Positions 46,997-59,190 of a DNA stretch of 64,000 nt are shown here, piece by piece. The position numbers and the translations under genes were made by a program. The notes below the pieces were generated by a model. That model was not told the DNA's origin. It saw only the letters and a program-made list of their open reading frames with translations, and made no database searches. Where the stretch lies: assembly GCA_043228905.1 (NCBI GenBank), contig JBHGNT010000022.1:6758001-6822000 (forward strand). The letters run 5' to 3'. Every line of letters begins with the position of its first letter. Within the stretch, counting starts at the first letter, position 1. Source of the stretch: Azolla caroliniana. Taxonomy: Eukaryota; Plantae; Polypodiophyta.

Positions 46997-49900
46997 TGTC
47001 ATAGACATATGCCACGCAGGAAGGTAAGGATTGAGCCCAAGACCTCATGGCCTCTATTAGGCAACCCTGTAACAAATCCAACTTCATGTAGTATAGATTG
47101 AACATTGGAAGTTCCTAGCTTGCATGCATCCTCATTTCTAGCTTGCACACATTCTCATGCATACTCTATTTCTAGCTAGCTTATATAACACTAACTTCTT
47201 GTATAAATACTCAGGTGCACCTTGATTCTAATCAAGGTGAACAACACCAATTACGGATTCTATTCTATAAGTTAAGTTCTTGTTCTTTTACTCCCTCTTG
47301 TTTTCTAGTCTTGTCTTCGCTCTGCTCTATTATACTTGTCCGTGACAGATACTCTATTCAACACAATCTTTGCAATTTGTTCCTCTTCACCTTCTTCTTG
47401 CTAGCATGTCCGTGTCTGTCGACAACCTAAACCAAGTCATGGCAGCCTTGCAATAACTTCAACTAGAGAATGAAATCCTTCGGGAATCATTACGAGAGTT
47501 GCAATCTAGCACTTTAAGAAATCCACCAATTGTCGAGTCACAACCACTGTCAGCACCTAGCCCGACCACATCCTCTTCCCATCCATATGTCCTCGAACCA
47601 ACCATCAGCGTACCAGAAAAATTCAATGGCACGAGGGCGTATCTTTGCGGCTTCATCAACCAAATTCGGCTTATCATCCGGTTACAGCCCCAACGGTATG
47701 CTAGTAACTTTTCTCGGGTTGGGCTTGTCACCATGTTCCTCTCTGGGCCGACACAAGTGGTTTTGCACCCTTGATCGAGACCTCATCCCCTCTCTTGGAA
47801 AACTTCACTGCTTTCATTGAGGAGCTCGAAGCGACATTTGGCGAGACAGACTGGAGAGGAACGACACTCACAAAGGTTTATTCTTTCCAACAAGGCTCAC
47901 GTCTAGTCTTGGTCTACACCTCAGTGTTCCATCAGATTGCTTGCAATGTCAGTTGGGATGACCAAGACCTATGCCACCATTTGGTCGCGGTCTCCGAAAC
48001 GACATCAAGACTCTTCTCTTAAACTTCTCGGAGCCCACATCGTTGTCTCAAGTAATCTCTGAAGCTGTCCAATGTGACAATCTTCTCTCCAAACTTCATC
48101 AAGAAGAACGGGGTACTCGCAAGTCTCAGGCTTCTTCCCGAAACGCATCAATCGCCAGGCCCTACTTGTCTCCCATGCCAACCTTACCATCACCTAGTGA
48201 TACCCATACCATGAAGGAGGTTGATTTCCATACCCCAATGGAGATCGACCACGCTCGGTTCCAACCACTAACTGAAGCCCAACGCCAACATTGTCGGGAC
48301 AATGGACTCTGTCTCTATTGTGGCAACCCCAGCCATGTCATCTGCCACTTCCTGGTGCAGGGCCCGCGACACCAATTCCATTGTGCACGCCTTGCGGAGG
48401 TTCCTCGACAACAGGAAAACGACCAAGTCCGGTTGTAGTAGGAGCCATGCCATTGGGTGCTTCCCGTTACTCACCTTCTCCATGCTCCTACAAGTTTGTT
48501 CCGCTATTAGGAGGGTTCTCTTTGCAAGTAGTTCTTTCTTTTGGTTCGACTTCAATACATTCTCATGCCTTGCTCGACTCTGGAGCATCTACTTGCTTTA
48601 TCGATAAATCGTTTGTCCGCGCACATAATATCCCCACCATCCACACATCACAACCCATATCCGTTGAGGTGATTGGCGATCGGGTTCTCTCTTCGGGGGC
48701 GGTTACCGAAGCCACTATCCCATTGGTACTTCAAGTCGGCATCAGGAGGAATTCATTATCTACCTCATCATAGTCCCCCGACATCTTATTCTGTTAGTGG
48801 CAAGGTAGCCACAATCACTGATTGGCCTCTCCTGACTCGGTTGAAAGAGGTACAATCATTTCTTGGTTTTGCAAATTTTGATAGACGATTTATAGACGGG
48901 TTCTCTTCCCTAGGCCAACCTCTCATCCAACTTACTTGGAAAGATACTCCATTTCTATGGACCCTCGCGGCACACAATGCTTTTAATGCCCTCAAAGCAG
49001 CTTCTCTCTCCACCTCCGTGTTAGTCCACCCCGACCCCACCCGCTGTTTCCAGGTTGAAACCGACGTCTCCGACTTTGCCATAGATGCGGTCTTGTTTCA
49101 ACCCGACGACGATGGCACCCTGCATCCGGTCGCCTTCTACTTACACCCCAGAAATCAATTATCCAGTCTACGACAACGAGCTTACAACTATCATCCCGGC
49201 CTTCGCCAAATGGCGACCCTATCTAGTTGGGGCCTAACATCGTATTCAGGTGCTGAACAACCACAGGAATCTTATCTACTTCCCCACCACTCGTACGTTG
49301 AATCGGAGGCAGGCTCACTGGTCATCTTTTCTCACCGACTACGACTTTGAAATCTTTTTCCGACCCAACGTTCAACATGGGAAAGCGGATACTCTCTCTC
49401 GGCGACCTGACTTTGAACTACGCCCAGGGGACAACACATATTATCAGCAATCACATTGTTTATTGCGGCCCGATCAACTCCACGTGTTTGCAACCTACAT
49501 GTTGCATGATGATTCCTAGCTCAACAAGATCACCCAAGCGACCACACTGAACCCTTTTGCTACTAACATCATGGCACGCCTCAACAACCCATCTCAGGAA
49601 ATGCAAAGCTTGGACCTCCATCACTTTACAACTCCAGATGGGCCACACTATTGTAATAACCTCCTTTACATATTAGCTGGCACATGTCACATTTGAGTAC
49701 TACAAACTTGCCACGATGATCCTCTTTTCGAACACTTTGGGGTCGCGAAAACGGTGGCGTTGCTATCTCGGGGGTTTTGGTGGCCCCAACCTTAGAAATT
49801 GGTCAAAGAATCTATCAAAACTTGTGATGACTGTGCTTGCTCCATAGCGGCTCACATCGTCCCTACGACCTTCTACACCCACTTCCAATTCCCAGTCAAC

Positions 49901-51160
49901 CTTGAGCCTCTCTCTATGGACTTTATCACCGACCTGAGGAAGGTCGGTGACCATGACGTGGTGCTTGTGGTCGTTGATCGGTTTTCGAAGATGGCTCACT
50001 TTGTCCCATGTTCGAAATCCATTTCAGGGGAGGAGAGGGCTGACCTTTTTTGAAAAATGTCATCCGATTACAAAGCTTCCCTAAAGATGTCACTTCTGAT
50101 CAAGGTCCTCAATTTATCTCCCACTTCTAGCGCTAACTTCTATAGACATTCAGGACTTCTATGAACTTGTCAATCACGCACCACGCTCAAACTGATGGCC
50201 AAACCAAAAGTGTCAACGAAATCCTCGAACAATACCTCCGGTGTATTGTCAGCTACCAACAAGACGATTGGGTGGACTTCCTTGTCATGGCATAATTTGC
50301 CTTCAATAATAGTATCCATGCCTCAACTAAGGTTTCCCCATTCTTTGCAAACTATGGTTTCCACCCTCGTTTCAGCATTTCCATTCTGAAGATTTCCACA
50401 CCTTACAAGATGTCCATCGTGACCTCTCCCTCGAGCTCCATGCCATTGGCAAACAATATAAAGGTCACGCAGACCAACATCTCTTGGTCGTCCCGACCTT
50501 CGTAGTCGGTGACATGGTTGTGCTGCTACGTCGCCACATCGCAACCACTAGTCCGTGCGTGAAGCTCGACTACAAAAAGCTAAGCGCCTTCCATATCCTC
50601 AAGTGCGTTAACCTAGTCGCCTTCTGGTTAGCACTTCCTCCCACTTTTCAGCTTCACAATGTTTTCCACGACTCTCTCCTCGAACTCTACACATGGAACC
50701 AGTTACACATTTACAAAATGTGCCAAAGTCACGCTTTTCATCAACGATACCCTCATAAACTGGTTGTGGCTGTTGGGAGGCGGCCTTAGAGGTGGGGATT
50801 GAACCCCAGACCTCATGGTCTCTATTGGGCAGTCCTACCAATTGACCTACATATACACCCTTGTACTAAATCCAACTTCATGTAGTGTAGATTGAAGATT
50901 GGAAGTTCCTAGCTTGCATGCATCCTCATATCTAGCTTGCACACATTCTCATGCATCCTCTATTGCATGCATCCTTATGCATACTCTATTTCTAGCTAGC
51001 TTACATAGCCCTAACTTCTTGTATAAATACTCAGGTGCACCTTGATTCTAATAAAGCTAAACACCAGTTACAGATTCTATAAGTTAAGTTCTTGTTCTTG
51101 TTCTTCTCTCTTGTTTTCTAGTCTTGTCTTCGCTCTACTCTATTATACTTGTCAGTGACA
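46997..51160 (+). mobile_element. Tcn1-like chromoviral Ty3/gypsy, internally deleted (RT core missing); LTRs 46997-47347 and ~50780-51160
   Basis: PEKFNG gag, TPMEID, GLCLYCG..H..C, ALLDSGAS, VQSFLGFANF, ETDVSDFAI, SMDFITDL; both LTRs end GTGACA; TSD ATAAC/ATAGC. Confidence 0.88.
50786..50856 (-). promoter_or_regulatory. tRNA-like Pol III A-box/B-box module in Tcn1-like LTR (partial counterpart 47022-47068)
   Basis: - strand TAGGTCAATTGGTAGG...AGGTCTGGGGTTCAATCCCCA with paired T-stem. Confidence 0.65.
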
Positions 51161-52523
51161 ATAGCCCTCATTTTTCAAATTCAAGATCCAACGCATCTGT
51201 TTTTTTGTGATATTGTCGATGTTGATTTGTTTTACTATTTCTTCCACTTGTGGATGGGGTTTGGCATCTGCTATTCGAAGACAACCATCCAATCCATTTG
51301 TCTTCAGCTAGTTTCTTAGATGCACAGAAACTTGAATTGGCATATATTCTTTTTGTTCTTCGTCTGCAGCGACCTCACTGTCTTCTGTGCAAGAATCAGA
51401 GAGTCGAAGTTGAATCAAATATGGCCCTTTGATTGATTATGGTCTAACGATCATCACTAGGCTAGTCGGCCGACTGTCAGTAGCTTTTACTTCTTTTGGA
51501 AAGAACGGATTAGTCGGTGTCGGCCCCTGATATGGTTTGAGTCAGAAACCATTTACCCACTTCGGTAGAACCTCTCATGCTAATGTACCGATCTAATAAG
51601 TTCCTTTGTTGTTATTGACAATCCAATATGGACCCGCCCATCTAAACTGAAGTTTCCCCGGCATAGAACCCATTTTGGTCTGAAATACTAATACCGACTT
51701 CCCAATGTCAAACAAATTCTCTCTTGCCTCCCTACAATGATCTAAAAAGGTTTTGTTTTCCTTTTCTTATGCTCCAAGTGCCACATAGATTGTAGTATAC
51801 TCTCTTCTAATGCCAACAGTTGCTCTTTCCAGATTCTTTCCGATTGTTCTTCATCTAGTCGTTCCGCCACCTGCACTCTCAAACTTGGAATCTGAAATTC
51901 AATTGGCATGACTGCCTCTAACCCGAACACCATCCAGAATGGAGTCGATCGAATCATGGTTTTGTATGTTGTTCGATATGCCCACAATGCATTATGTAAT
52001 TTCTGATCCCAGTCGGTTTGATTGTCATTCACAATTTTCTTCAAAATCATCTGAATCATTTTATTGGTTGATTCTGCTAATGCATTCGCTTGTGAATAAT
52101 ATGGTGTACTCTTCTTGTGCACTACTACATAGTAATTTGTTAATTCAAATATTACTTTATTAATGAAGTGCATACCATGGTCGCTTACATGCTTTCAAGT
52201 GGTAAGCCCGTAGTTAGAAATGCAATCATTTCTGTGATCCATAAATATGCTAATTCTTCATCCACCTCTATCGAATTAATAGCTTTGACTCGGAACAGTT
52301 GTGACGCCTTCACTTGGTTCTCCCGACCCTAGTCGACTTAAATAGTCGACTACTACGTGTTGCACCCCAGGTCGATGGATGATGTTGAATTCGAACTCCT
52401 ATAAAAGAAGCATCCATCTTGCTAATTTCCCAGTCAAGGATTGTTTCGACACTAAATAAAGCAAGGTAGAGTGATCCACATGGAACGTAAATTTCCAGCC
52501 AAGAAGGTAATGTCAAAACATAT

Positions 52524-55500
52524 TCTTGAGAGACAAGCTCAACATCGGCTAGATCAGCTGAAGAAGCCGAGGACCGGATCGGTTGGGACCGATCGGTTAG
52601 GCCGAATGCATAAACCGGTACGCAGACTGGTGCATAGGTAGGGCCGGATCGGTGCGTAAACCGGGAGGCCATTAGGAAAGATATTCCGTGAGGAATATAT
52701 TTGGGAGTTAGTGTAGGAGCTCTCAATGAGCATTGAAGTATTGTTAGTACTTCGGTTAGTCCTTCTAGGGCTTGTATAAAAGTGTTCATTGAACACACAT
52801 ATGTATAGAGTCGTGAATAGAGGTTGAATATAGTTCTCATGTTTTCTCTCTCTCACTCTCTCTGTCTCTCCCGCGTATACTACGTAAGCTCAAGCTCTCC
52901 ATTGAACCTGAGTGTTCTTCCTCCTGTTCGGTCTTCACACTTGCTTCCGCATGTTACTTTCTATATGGTATCAAAGCGCGAGGGTTGAGAACCTCTCTGC
53001 AGCCGACACAGCTTGACGAAGAAGAACAAGAAGAACGATGGATAGAGGCATGGCGAGCTCGCTTCCAATAGAGAAGCCCGACAGAACAAACTACGCGTCT
53101 TGGTCCTACAAGATGCACCAGTACCTGCTCGGGCACGGCTACTGGACTTATGTCGAAGGAGCTAATGATGCGGCACCCGAATCGACACATAGAGACTTCC
53201 CGTCGTGGGAGCAATCGGCGAGCAGGGTATTATACTACTTCGCGTCGTGTGTGGGTGAACAACTATTGAGCTATGTTCGGGATGCAAAGATGCCAAAGGG
53301 TGCGTGGGAAATTCTGAAGAAGATTTTCGCCGCGAGCACCACAGTCAGGAAGCTTCAGCTCCGACAGGAGTTGAGCAACCTACGACAACGCGACTTGTCG
53401 GTGGCGGACTATACCTCGAAGATCAAGGATATCTGCGATTCCCTCGCCTCCATAGAGGTGAACATCGAGGAGAGCGAGATGGTCCAGATCTGTCTCGGAG
53501 GTTTGGCGTCAAAGTTCGGAGCATTCCGAACGGCTGTGTGTACCCAGGAGAATACGCCGTCCTTTTTCGACTTACAGTCAATGCTCCTGATAGAGGAGAA
53601 CCACGCGGGTGCGTCTACAAGCACGCATACCAACAATACATGGAGGGAGATAGGCCCCGTGGACATGGAAGACGAGGCGAGTCAGCGCACAATGGAGGCG
53701 GCCGACGAGATCTAGGAAGAAGGCACCTAAGTGATGCCGACAGCAACTCCGGACCCTCCGGAAATAGGGGGAGTCGAAGCGATGAGAACCGGCAAGGGAA
53801 GGCCATTGCGGAGTGCTGCTACTGTGGCAAGAAAGGCCACAGGGAAAGTGAGTGCTGGAAGAAGCGCGCCGATTCGGAGAGAACCGGTTCCGGAAACGGC
53901 TCCGGACATACCGACAAGGGAAATCGACAGTGATCGCACTACGCCGAAGACTCAGGGAGAGCTGGAGAAGGGTCTGCCTTCGTGACAAGACACGAAGCGA
54001 ACTCAATGAAATAGACCACCCCGAGATCGGACGAGGTGTGGTACGTAGACTCCGGCACGTCAAACCACATGATGAGCCATAAGGAGTGGTTCTCGTAGCT
54101 TGAAAAACCGATACAACCTGGAGTAGTCGCAACTGGAGACGACACTCCGCATCCGATCGCGAATGTCAGAGAAGTTCCCCTTAGCCATGTCGGGCAGAAA
54201 GGGAAACTCATGAACGTGTTGCACGTTCTGACAATCACGAAAAACTTGGTCTCGGTCGGACAGATCGTCGACCAAGGGATGGAGGTTCGGTTTACACACC
54301 TCGGGTGGTTCTTTGAGGAAGAAGGCCATGTGATTGCACAAGGGCGCAGAGACGGGAGGATGTTCATCCTCGACTTCACTGACGGCGGCACCGCAATGTT
54401 CGCGAAGGGACAAAAATCCAAGTCGGACATCGACTTGTGGCACAAGCGGATAGGCCACGTCAACTACCAACGACTTCAAGATCTCCAAACGAAACAGGTA
54501 GTGTTCGGATTGCCCAAATTTAGTGGCCGAAAGGCACAAATTTGTGAAGCATGCCAGCTCGGGAAGCAACACCGAATTCCCTTCCCCAACGAGCGAAACC
54601 GGAGCCGGAACAAGCTCGACCTTATACACTCCGATGTATGGGGGCCAACACAAAACGTTAGTCTTGGCGGGAGCCGATATTTCGTCTCCTTCATCGACGA
54701 CCACACGCGGCACACGTGGATCTACCTCATTGAGAGGAAGAGCGAAATCTTCGACTGTTTTCGGGACCTCAAAGGGTTCGTGGAAACGGAAACGGGACGA
54801 AAGATCAAGTGCTTGCGGTCGGATGGCGGGAAAGAGTACTTTTCCGGTCAATTCAATGGTTACCTACAACAAATGGGAATTTGCCACGAATTCAGTTGTA
54901 GATACATGCCGGAGCAGAACGGCGTGGCCGAGAGGAAGAATCGGTCAGTAGTGGAAGCGGCACGAGCAATGCTAGGGGAGAAGAGCTTGCCCAAGTTCTA
55001 CTGGGCCGAGGCGGTAAGGACCGCGGTATACATCTAGAACTGAATTGGAGACAAAGTGTTCGCGCACGAGCTATATTTCGGAACGAAGCTGAACTTGCGA
55101 CACTTGAGGGTGTTCGGTAGCATTGCATATGTGCATGTACCGAAGGAGAAAAAGAGGAAGCTGGACGCAAAGGCCGATAAATGCATCTTGGTCGGTTACT
55201 CGGACGAGTAGAAGGGTTATAAGTGCTATAACCCTCGCACCAAACAAGCGCGTGTTAGCCGCGACGTTGTGGTTGACGAGTCCACGTCCTGGTACCAGCC
55301 CCCGACTCCGAACCCCGACTCCAATCCGAGTTCTGACGATGAGGTCAGCGAGGCCGAGATGCCTCCGGATGAGCCCGAAATCGTGACCCGCGAAGAGAGT
55401 CCGATTTCACTCCGTTTAAGTGGACCGATTGGACGACCCAGTCGGTACGATCAGTCCGATGAAGAGCCGACGAGTAGTGGAGACTCGGTCGTGCATTCCC

Positions 55501-58299
55501 CGCGCAGGAAGTCGAGGAGACAGCTTACGCGCAAAGAGAAAGGGAAGAAGAAGATGTCGGATTCCGGCACGGATAGGAACGAGTCAGACCAACGCGAGTC
55601 CGACTCCGAGGGAACCGGTTACGGGTCTTTAAAGGTGAAGTCCGCGTGGACTCAGAAGGCCTCGACATTGGCTAATGTGAGATTACGACGATCTACCCGC
55701 CAAAAGAAACCTGTTTTGCGGTTCGGATACAACGAGTACATGGCGCATCATTATGCGTACATGACCCGTGTAGCGGAAGTGCGTGAGCTGGAGAGCTACG
55801 CAGAAGCGGCTAAAGACGCGAATTGGCGTGCCGCGATGGAGGAAGAGATGCACACATTGGCGGAGAACGAGACCTGGGACCTGGTTGACGCACCAAAAGG
55901 GGTAAAACTGATCGGGTGTAGATGGGTTTACAAGGTCAAGTACAACACCGATGGCTCGGTCAACCAGTACAAGGCTCAGCTAGTGGCAAAGGGCTACGCG
56001 CAAAAACACGGCATCGACTATGATGAGACGTTTGCGCCGGTCGCGAAAATGACGACCGCCCGTGTTTTGCTCGCAGTAGCTGCGGTGAAGGGGTGGCATT
56101 TACATTAGATGGATGTAAAGAATGCGTTCCTGCAAGGTGACCTTGAGGAACAGGTGTATATGGTACAACCCCCCGGATTTCACTCTGGAATGAACTCCTC
56201 GGCAGTATGCCGACTGAAGAAGTCCCTTTACGGACTGAAGCAAGCCCTGCGTGCTTGGAACGCGAAGATCACGCAACAACTGCGTCGGATGGGCTTCGTC
56301 ACGTCAAAATCGGACTCTTCCCTATTCATCCGGAAAGGTCGACTCGGACAGGTTAGTATTTTACTATATGTTGATGACTTGGTCATCACCGGCGCCGACC
56401 TAGGTGAAATCGACCGCGTGAAGCTCCAACTTGCGGCATCATTCGACATGAAGGATCTGGGGGACCTTCATTACTTCCTCGGGATCGAAGTGATCCGTTA
56501 CCCCGAAGGCATATTGATCAGCCAACGTCATTACGTGCTGAATATGCTCTTCATATTCGGGATGGCCGAATGTAAGTCTGTCTCGACTCCTCTGGACCGA
56601 ACCGTCAAGCTTCGTCCCGATACGGGGAAGGTATGCGACCCGACGAGGTTCCTACAAATTGTCGGAAGCCTCATATACTTGGCCATCACCCAACCCGACC
56701 TCAGTTATCCGGTCGGAATGATCGTTCAGTTCATGGCGTGACCTACCGAGGAGCACCTTCAGTGTGCGCAACGAATACTTCAGTATGTCAACAGCACTAA
56801 GGACCGGGGACTGCTATATCGGACCGGTGCAGTCACGCAGTTAGTCGGCTACACCGATGCTGATTGGGCTGGCAACGCCGCCGATCGCCGATCCACGTCC
56901 GGATACGCGTTCTCCCTCGGGAGTGCCACGATCGCGTGGAGCAGTAAGAAGCAGCCGACAGTTGCACTGTCAAGCACCGAAGTTGAGTACCGAGGAGCGG
57001 CTGTCGTGACATGCGAAGCCATATGGTTGAAGGGGCTACTTAAGGACCTACAAGAGGAGGTGTCAGATCCGATGACGATCTACTGCGACAACCTGAGCAG
57101 CATCCAGCTCGCGAAAAACCCCGTTTTCCACGCACGGACCAAGCACATTGAGGTGCACTACCATTTCGTCCGTTAGCGTGTCCTTTCCGGTGAAGTTGAA
57201 CTTCAGTACGTTCCGACGGATCGGCAAACTGCCGACATCTTCACCAAGCCTCTTGGTCTGGACAAGTTGCGGCAATTCTTAGGTGCGCTCGGATTGCGTC
57301 ACCTCGACGTGCCAAACTTGAGGGGGAGAACAGTCCCGAACGACCAAGCAAGGCAGCAGGAAAGGAGCGGAGACCGCGAGACCGAGTTGGTTGACTCGGT
57401 TGTCAAGTTGGACTTCGGATCGGCTGAAGAAGCCGAGGGCGGACCCGCGGAAAAGTCCGGAAGCGGACAGAAGGGGAGCAGCCGAAGGAGAGAGCCGAAT
57501 CCAATCACGCATGGGGAAGATGACGCCATCGAGGGGGAGAAGACCGAGGACGAGTTGGAGACAGCCAACTCGAACGAGAGCGAAAACCGATCGGAGGTAG
57601 CCGAGTCAGTTCGGATGTTTGATTCAGATACGTTGAATCAACCGAGGCCCAAACAAAAGAAAAGGCAACAGGAGAAGTGTCAACATCGTAACAGCAGAAG
57701 AGCTGATAAGGGCCACATGAGCAGACAAGCCGACCGGAAGGGTTGAAGCGCGCGGAGTCGAACACGTCATGGAGCGCGAGCGAGGCGTGAAGCCAAGAGG
57801 AACCGGAGTTGTGAGCCCAAAGATCCCGAAGAGCCTCAAGTTGAGCTTGAGGGGGAGTGTTGAGAGACAAGCTCAACATCGGCCGGATCGGCTGAAGAAG
57901 CCGAGGACCGGATCGGTTGGGACCGATCGGTTAGGCCGAATGCGTAAACCGGTACGCAGACCGGTGCGTAGGTAGGGCCGGATCGGTGCGTAAACTGGGA
58001 GGTCATTAGGAAAGATATTCCGTGAGGAATATATTTGGGAGTTAATGTAGGAGCTCTCAATGAGCATTGAAGTACTGTCAGTACTTCGGTCAGTCCTTCT
58101 AGGACTTGTATAAAAGTGTTCATTGAACACACATATGTATAGAGTCGTGAATAGAGGTTGAATATAGTTCTCGTGTTTTCTCTCTCTCACTCTCTCTATC
58201 TCTCCCGCGTATACTAAGTAAGCTCAAGCTCTCCATTGAACCGTAGTGTTCTTCCTCCTATTTGGTCTTCACACTTGCTTCCGCACGTTACTTTCTATA
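52524..58299 (+). mobile_element. Full-length Ty1/copia family A (442-bp LTRs 52524-52965 and 57858-58299), TSD CATAT
   Basis: LTR pair; PBS TGGTATCAAAGC 52966-52977; PPT GAGGGGGAG; CATAT at 52519-52523 and 58300-58304; inserted in gypsy RNase H. Confidence 0.97.
53038..57857 (+). pseudogene. gag-pol: Copia gag-pol of family A with stops/frameshifts and C-terminal extension
   Basis: CYCGKKGHRESEC, WYVDSG, LWHKRIGH, HSDVWGP, YVDDLVI, DADWAG, KHIEVHYHF; frame stays open after RNase H (ORF 57267-57746). Confidence 0.93.
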
Positions 58300-59190
58300 C
58301 ATATTCACACTATAAATCATGTTGAGAGCTTCTTGTTCGATTGTGAAATAATTCTACTCGGTAGTTGACAGCCTCTGACTCGCATAGTATATTGGTTTGT
58401 ACCAATTGGGTTCTAATAGTTGCATTAATGCGCTTCCAATGGCTATATTTGAGGCATCGACAAAGACCTAAAAGACTTTTGTCCAATCTGGTAGTTGAAC
58501 GACTAGAACTTTTGACAACATCTTTAGAAAATCGTAAGCATCTTGCTCTGTCGTTGACCATTGAAAAGGTGTTCTATGTACTGCAACATGCAAAGGTGTA
58601 GCAACGTCGGCCAAATATCTTATCATTCCACTATGCCATCAAATTTGGCCCAAAAATCCATTATTGTCGCTAGTGGTGCATCCATTATTGCTTTCACTTC
58701 ATCGGGATCGATGGATATTACATCCCAACTAACAATATGGCCCAATAACGTACCACTCATTATGCTGAATGCGCATTTCGCTAGATTTAAGCTTAGATGA
58801 CCCTGCTGACATTTTTCCAAGCAGAGTTAGAGATTTCAAAATGGTCGTTTCTCCGATTGTAAACCGCAAAGTCGTCGAGAAATACCTGCATAAATGCAGG
58901 TATGTATTCCGTAATTACCCTTTGGAATGTAGTTGAGGCCATTTTGAGACAGAACATCATGACTAGTGTGACAAAAACGCCCCATTCCATGATGAAGGCC
59001 GTCTTTTCCTGATCTTCTAGGTGCATTCGGATATGATTGTAGCCATTAAATCCATCCAAGAAGCTATATATCTCGTGACCAGCTACACTATCAAGTACTA
59101 CATCTTTGAAAGGTAACAGAAAAGCACATGTTATTGTTGCCACATTTACTTTTCTATAATTGACACAAACCCTAATTTTTATTGAGATCG

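Larger units (their letters stand above)
46381..59190 (-). mobile_element. Divergent Athila-like family D relative (RT, RNase H, INT, accessory ORF), interrupted by 46997-51160 and 52524-58299
   Basis: FLDGFNGY/VFLDDF at 58793-59203; HKKSTPYYSQANALAE at 51742-52173; accessory-ORF homology at 51160-51330 and 46690-46860. Confidence 0.88.

Noticed and set aside
54060-54851. 263-aa antisense ORF
   Set aside because: Shadow frame of GC-rich integrase coding sequence with no independent motifs
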